From the NCBI GenBank assembly GCA_024636075.1, contig JAGXHS010000173.1:1-45966 (forward strand): a DNA stretch of 45,966 bases. The letters are read 5' to 3'. This document shows, piece by piece, positions 44,474 through 45,966 of this stretch. This DNA is from Propionibacteriaceae bacterium. Lineage in GTDB: Bacteria; Actinomycetota; Actinomycetes; Propionibacteriales; Propionibacteriaceae. How positions within the stretch are numbered: the stretch's first letter is position 1; the number at the start of each line of letters is the position of its first letter. The notes under the pieces are model-generated. The model was not told the DNA's origin. It did not search any database and saw only the letters and a program-made list of their open reading frames with translations. The translations under genes and the position numbers were made by a program.

Positions 44474-44479
44474 TAGGCT
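44474..44479 (+). promoter_or_regulatory. Candidate -10 hexamer TAGGCT, 7 nt upstream of secG GTG (leaderless configuration)
   Basis: TAGGCT at 44474-44479, then GGCAGGC, then GTG 44487. No Shine-Dalgarno sequence. Confidence 0.3.
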
Positions 44480-44486
44480 GGCAGGC

Positions 44487-44750
44487 GTGATTGTGGCACC
44501 GCTGATGACTTGGCCGATTCTTAGCTTGTCGATCGTGCTCGTTGTGCTGAGCATCGTGCTCGCCATGTTCATCCTGCTGCACAAGGGTCGCGGTGGTGGC
44601 ATGTCGGATCTCTTTGGTGGGGGCATGTCGACAGGCATGGGCGGTACCTCGGTGGCTGAACGCAACCTTGATCGCCTCACCGTCATTGTTGGTCTGCTCT
44701 GGTTGACCTGCATCATCGCCTTGACAGTGCTGTATCGGTTAGGTTTCTGA
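44487..44750 (+). CDS. secG: Preprotein translocase subunit SecG
   Basis: 87 aa with two TM helices flanking LLHKGRGGGMSDLFGGG, the SecG signature. Confidence 0.85.
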   Translation: MIVAPLMTWPILSLSIVLVVLSIVLAMFILLHKGRGGGMSDLFGGGMSTGMGGTSVAERNLDRLTVIVGLLWLTCIIALTVLYRLGF

Positions 44751-44795
44751 TCCGGGCGATACCCAAGGACTCAGGCAACACGCTAGGAGAGACAC

Positions 44796-45152
44796 GTGGT
44801 TGGTGGCAGCGCAATTCGGGGCAGTCGCATTGGCGCCGGCCCGATGGGTGAGGCTGAGCGGGGAGACACTGCCCCGCGGCAGCACGTCAGCTTCTTCTGC
44901 AGCAACGGCCATGAAACGCGACCCGCTTTCGCGGCCGAGGCGCAGGTGCCGGATGCCTGGGACTGCCCGCGCTGCGGGCTTCCAGCCAACATGGACGCCC
45001 TGAACCCGCCGCCACCGCCGAAGGTGCTTCCCTACAAGACGCACCTCGCATACGTGAAGGAACGCCGCAGCGACAAGGAAGCGGCAGCGATTCTTGCGGA
45101 GGCACTGCAGGGTCTGCGAGATCGCCGCGCTCGCGGCGACGTGATCTACTGA
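44796..45152 (+). CDS. rbpA: RNA polymerase-binding protein RbpA
   Basis: 118 aa with IRGSRIGAGPMGEAERGD, FFCSNGHETRP...WDCPRCGLPA and KTHLAYVKERRSDKE (sigma-interaction domain). AGGAGA lies 5 nt upstream of the GTG. Confidence 0.9.
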   Translation: MVGGSAIRGSRIGAGPMGEAERGDTAPRQHVSFFCSNGHETRPAFAAEAQVPDAWDCPRCGLPANMDALNPPPPPKVLPYKTHLAYVKERRSDKEAAAILAEALQGLRDRRARGDVIY

Positions 45153-45162
45153 TTCGCGCCCA

Positions 45163-45196
45163 CGTGTGACGCGCTCCTGCGTGTGACGCGCTCCTG
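45163..45196. repeat. Perfect 17-bp tandem duplication CGTGTGACGCGCTCCTG x2
   Basis: Copies at 45163-45179 and 45180-45196, in the 49-nt convergent spacer between rbpA and pgl. Confidence 0.95.
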
Positions 45197-45201
45197 ACCG
45201 A

Positions 45202-45930
45202 TCAGAGGCTGCACTGGTAGCGGGGCAGGCCGGCCGCTGCCTCCTCGTCCAGGAACCACAAGGTCACATCCCGCCCGTGCACATGACTCCCTGGCACCGT
45301 CGGGTCTCCATCGAGAGCCCTCGCCACTGCTCGGGCTTTGTCGGCCCCACTGACCAGGACCCACACCTGATCCGATCGGTTCAATGCGTTGAAGGTGAGC
45401 GAGATCCTCTCCGACGGCGGCTTCGGCGCATCGGTGACACCGATCGCCAACGCCTTGGTGCTGTCGAAGCTCGGGTGATCAGGGAATATCGACGCCACAT
45501 GCCCGTCCCAGCCCATCCCCAGCAGGCAGATGTCGAAACGGGTGTCACCCAGTTCCTCGGCATAGGCGAACGCCGAGTCACCCGGGTCCGCTTTGCCGGT
45601 GCTTGCTGGCATCGAGTGCGTCTGGGACGATTCGAGGTGCAAGGTCCGCGCCAGCACGGCGAGCGCCTGCAAGGCGTTGCGGTCAGGATCACCGGTCTCG
45701 AGGAATCTTTCGTCCCCCCACCACAGGTGCAGCCGGGTGGGGTCCAGATCGCTGGCAGGCACCCGGTCGGCGAACTCGGCGTACATGCGGTTGGCGATCC
45801 GGCCACCGGTGAGGCACAGGTGAACGACGTCCTTGTCGCGTTGCACTTCGACCAATGACCGGAGCAATCGTTCCGCCACAGCAGGAGCAAGGCTGTCCGC
45901 GTCGCGGTGCCGCATGACACGTGAACTCAC
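45202..45930 (-). CDS. pgl: 6-phosphogluconolactonase
   Basis: 242 aa with LTGGRIANRMY, WWGDERF and LLGMGWDGHVASIFP motifs. GTG 45930 overlaps the upstream stop (GTGA). ATG 45915 is an alternative start. Confidence 0.9.
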   Translation of the reverse strand: MSSRVMRHRDADSLAPAVAERLLRSLVEVQRDKDVVHLCLTGGRIANRMYAEFADRVPASDLDPTRLHLWWGDERFLETGDPDRNALQALAVLARTLHLESSQTHSMPASTGKADPGDSAFAYAEELGDTRFDICLLGMGWDGHVASIFPDHPSFDSTKALAIGVTDAPKPPSERISLTFNALNRSDQVWVLVSGADKARAVARALDGDPTVPGSHVHGRDVTLWFLDEEAAAGLPRYQCSL

Positions 45931-45966
45931 GCCGAACCACCACCAGTGAGCCGAGCTGTCTCGGCC
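45927..45966 (-). CDS. opcA: 3' end of the upstream gene, probably opcA (G6PDH assembly protein); only 12 codons lie in the window
   Basis: An open frame ends in TGA at 45927-45929 (...AETARLTGGGSA*). The identity is inferred only from the usual zwf-opcA-pgl order in actinobacteria. Confidence 0.3.
   Translation of the reverse strand, partial: AETARLTGGGSA

Overview
The window reads as high-G+C actinobacterial chromosomal backbone. Lineage markers in the translations include WhiA, RbpA, SepF, DivIVA, PdtaR and a mycothiol-dependent DinB-type enzyme. Nearly all of it is densely packed housekeeping DNA. In order: the distal dcw cluster (murE partial, murF, mraY, murD, ftsW, murG, murC, ftsQ, ftsZ), then pgeF-sepF-yggT-divIVA, a DksA/TraR-type gene with lspA and rluD, pyk, tRNA-Leu(CAA), pdtaR, a PaaI-type thioesterase, polA, rpsA, coaE, uvrB, uvrA, uvrC-rapZ-yvcK-whiA, gap-pgk-tpiA, secG, rbpA and pgl-opcA (partial). 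The non-routine content sits in small accessory modules wedged between these conserved blocks. (i) Between coaE and uvrB lies a five-gene, translationally coupled minus-strand operon. It encodes a membrane-anchored Pro/Ser/Thr-repeat ORF, an ApbE flavin transferase with no export signal, a stand-alone NOX/FRE-type bis-heme membrane module, a NuoF-like flavo-FeS protein and a small ferredoxin. I read it as a split NOX-like transmembrane electron conduit, and it is my best candidate for an undescribed system. (ii) Between tpiA and secG lies a four-gene insertion: a secreted DUF4397-like protein with a non-LPXTG C-terminal sorting-signal-like tail, a class F sortase, an ECF sigma factor and an RskA-like anti-sigma. 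(iii) A second, orphan class F-like sortase sits between polA and rpsA. (iv) TerC and a mycothiol-dependent DinB enzyme sit between uvrB and uvrA, and a TAT-signal Rieske protein sits between uvrA and uvrC. At the regulatory level, uvrB and uvrA carry RecA-independent DNA-damage (RecA-NDp/PafBC-type) promoter motifs placed for leaderless transcripts. Several other genes also look leaderless, and there are three perfect short tandem repeats and several strong hairpins. I saw no CRISPR array, transposase or integrase, toxin-antitoxin pair or recognisable phage-defence gene. Everything rests on reading the supplied translations and DNA by eye; no database search, HMM scan, GC calculation or RNA folding was run.
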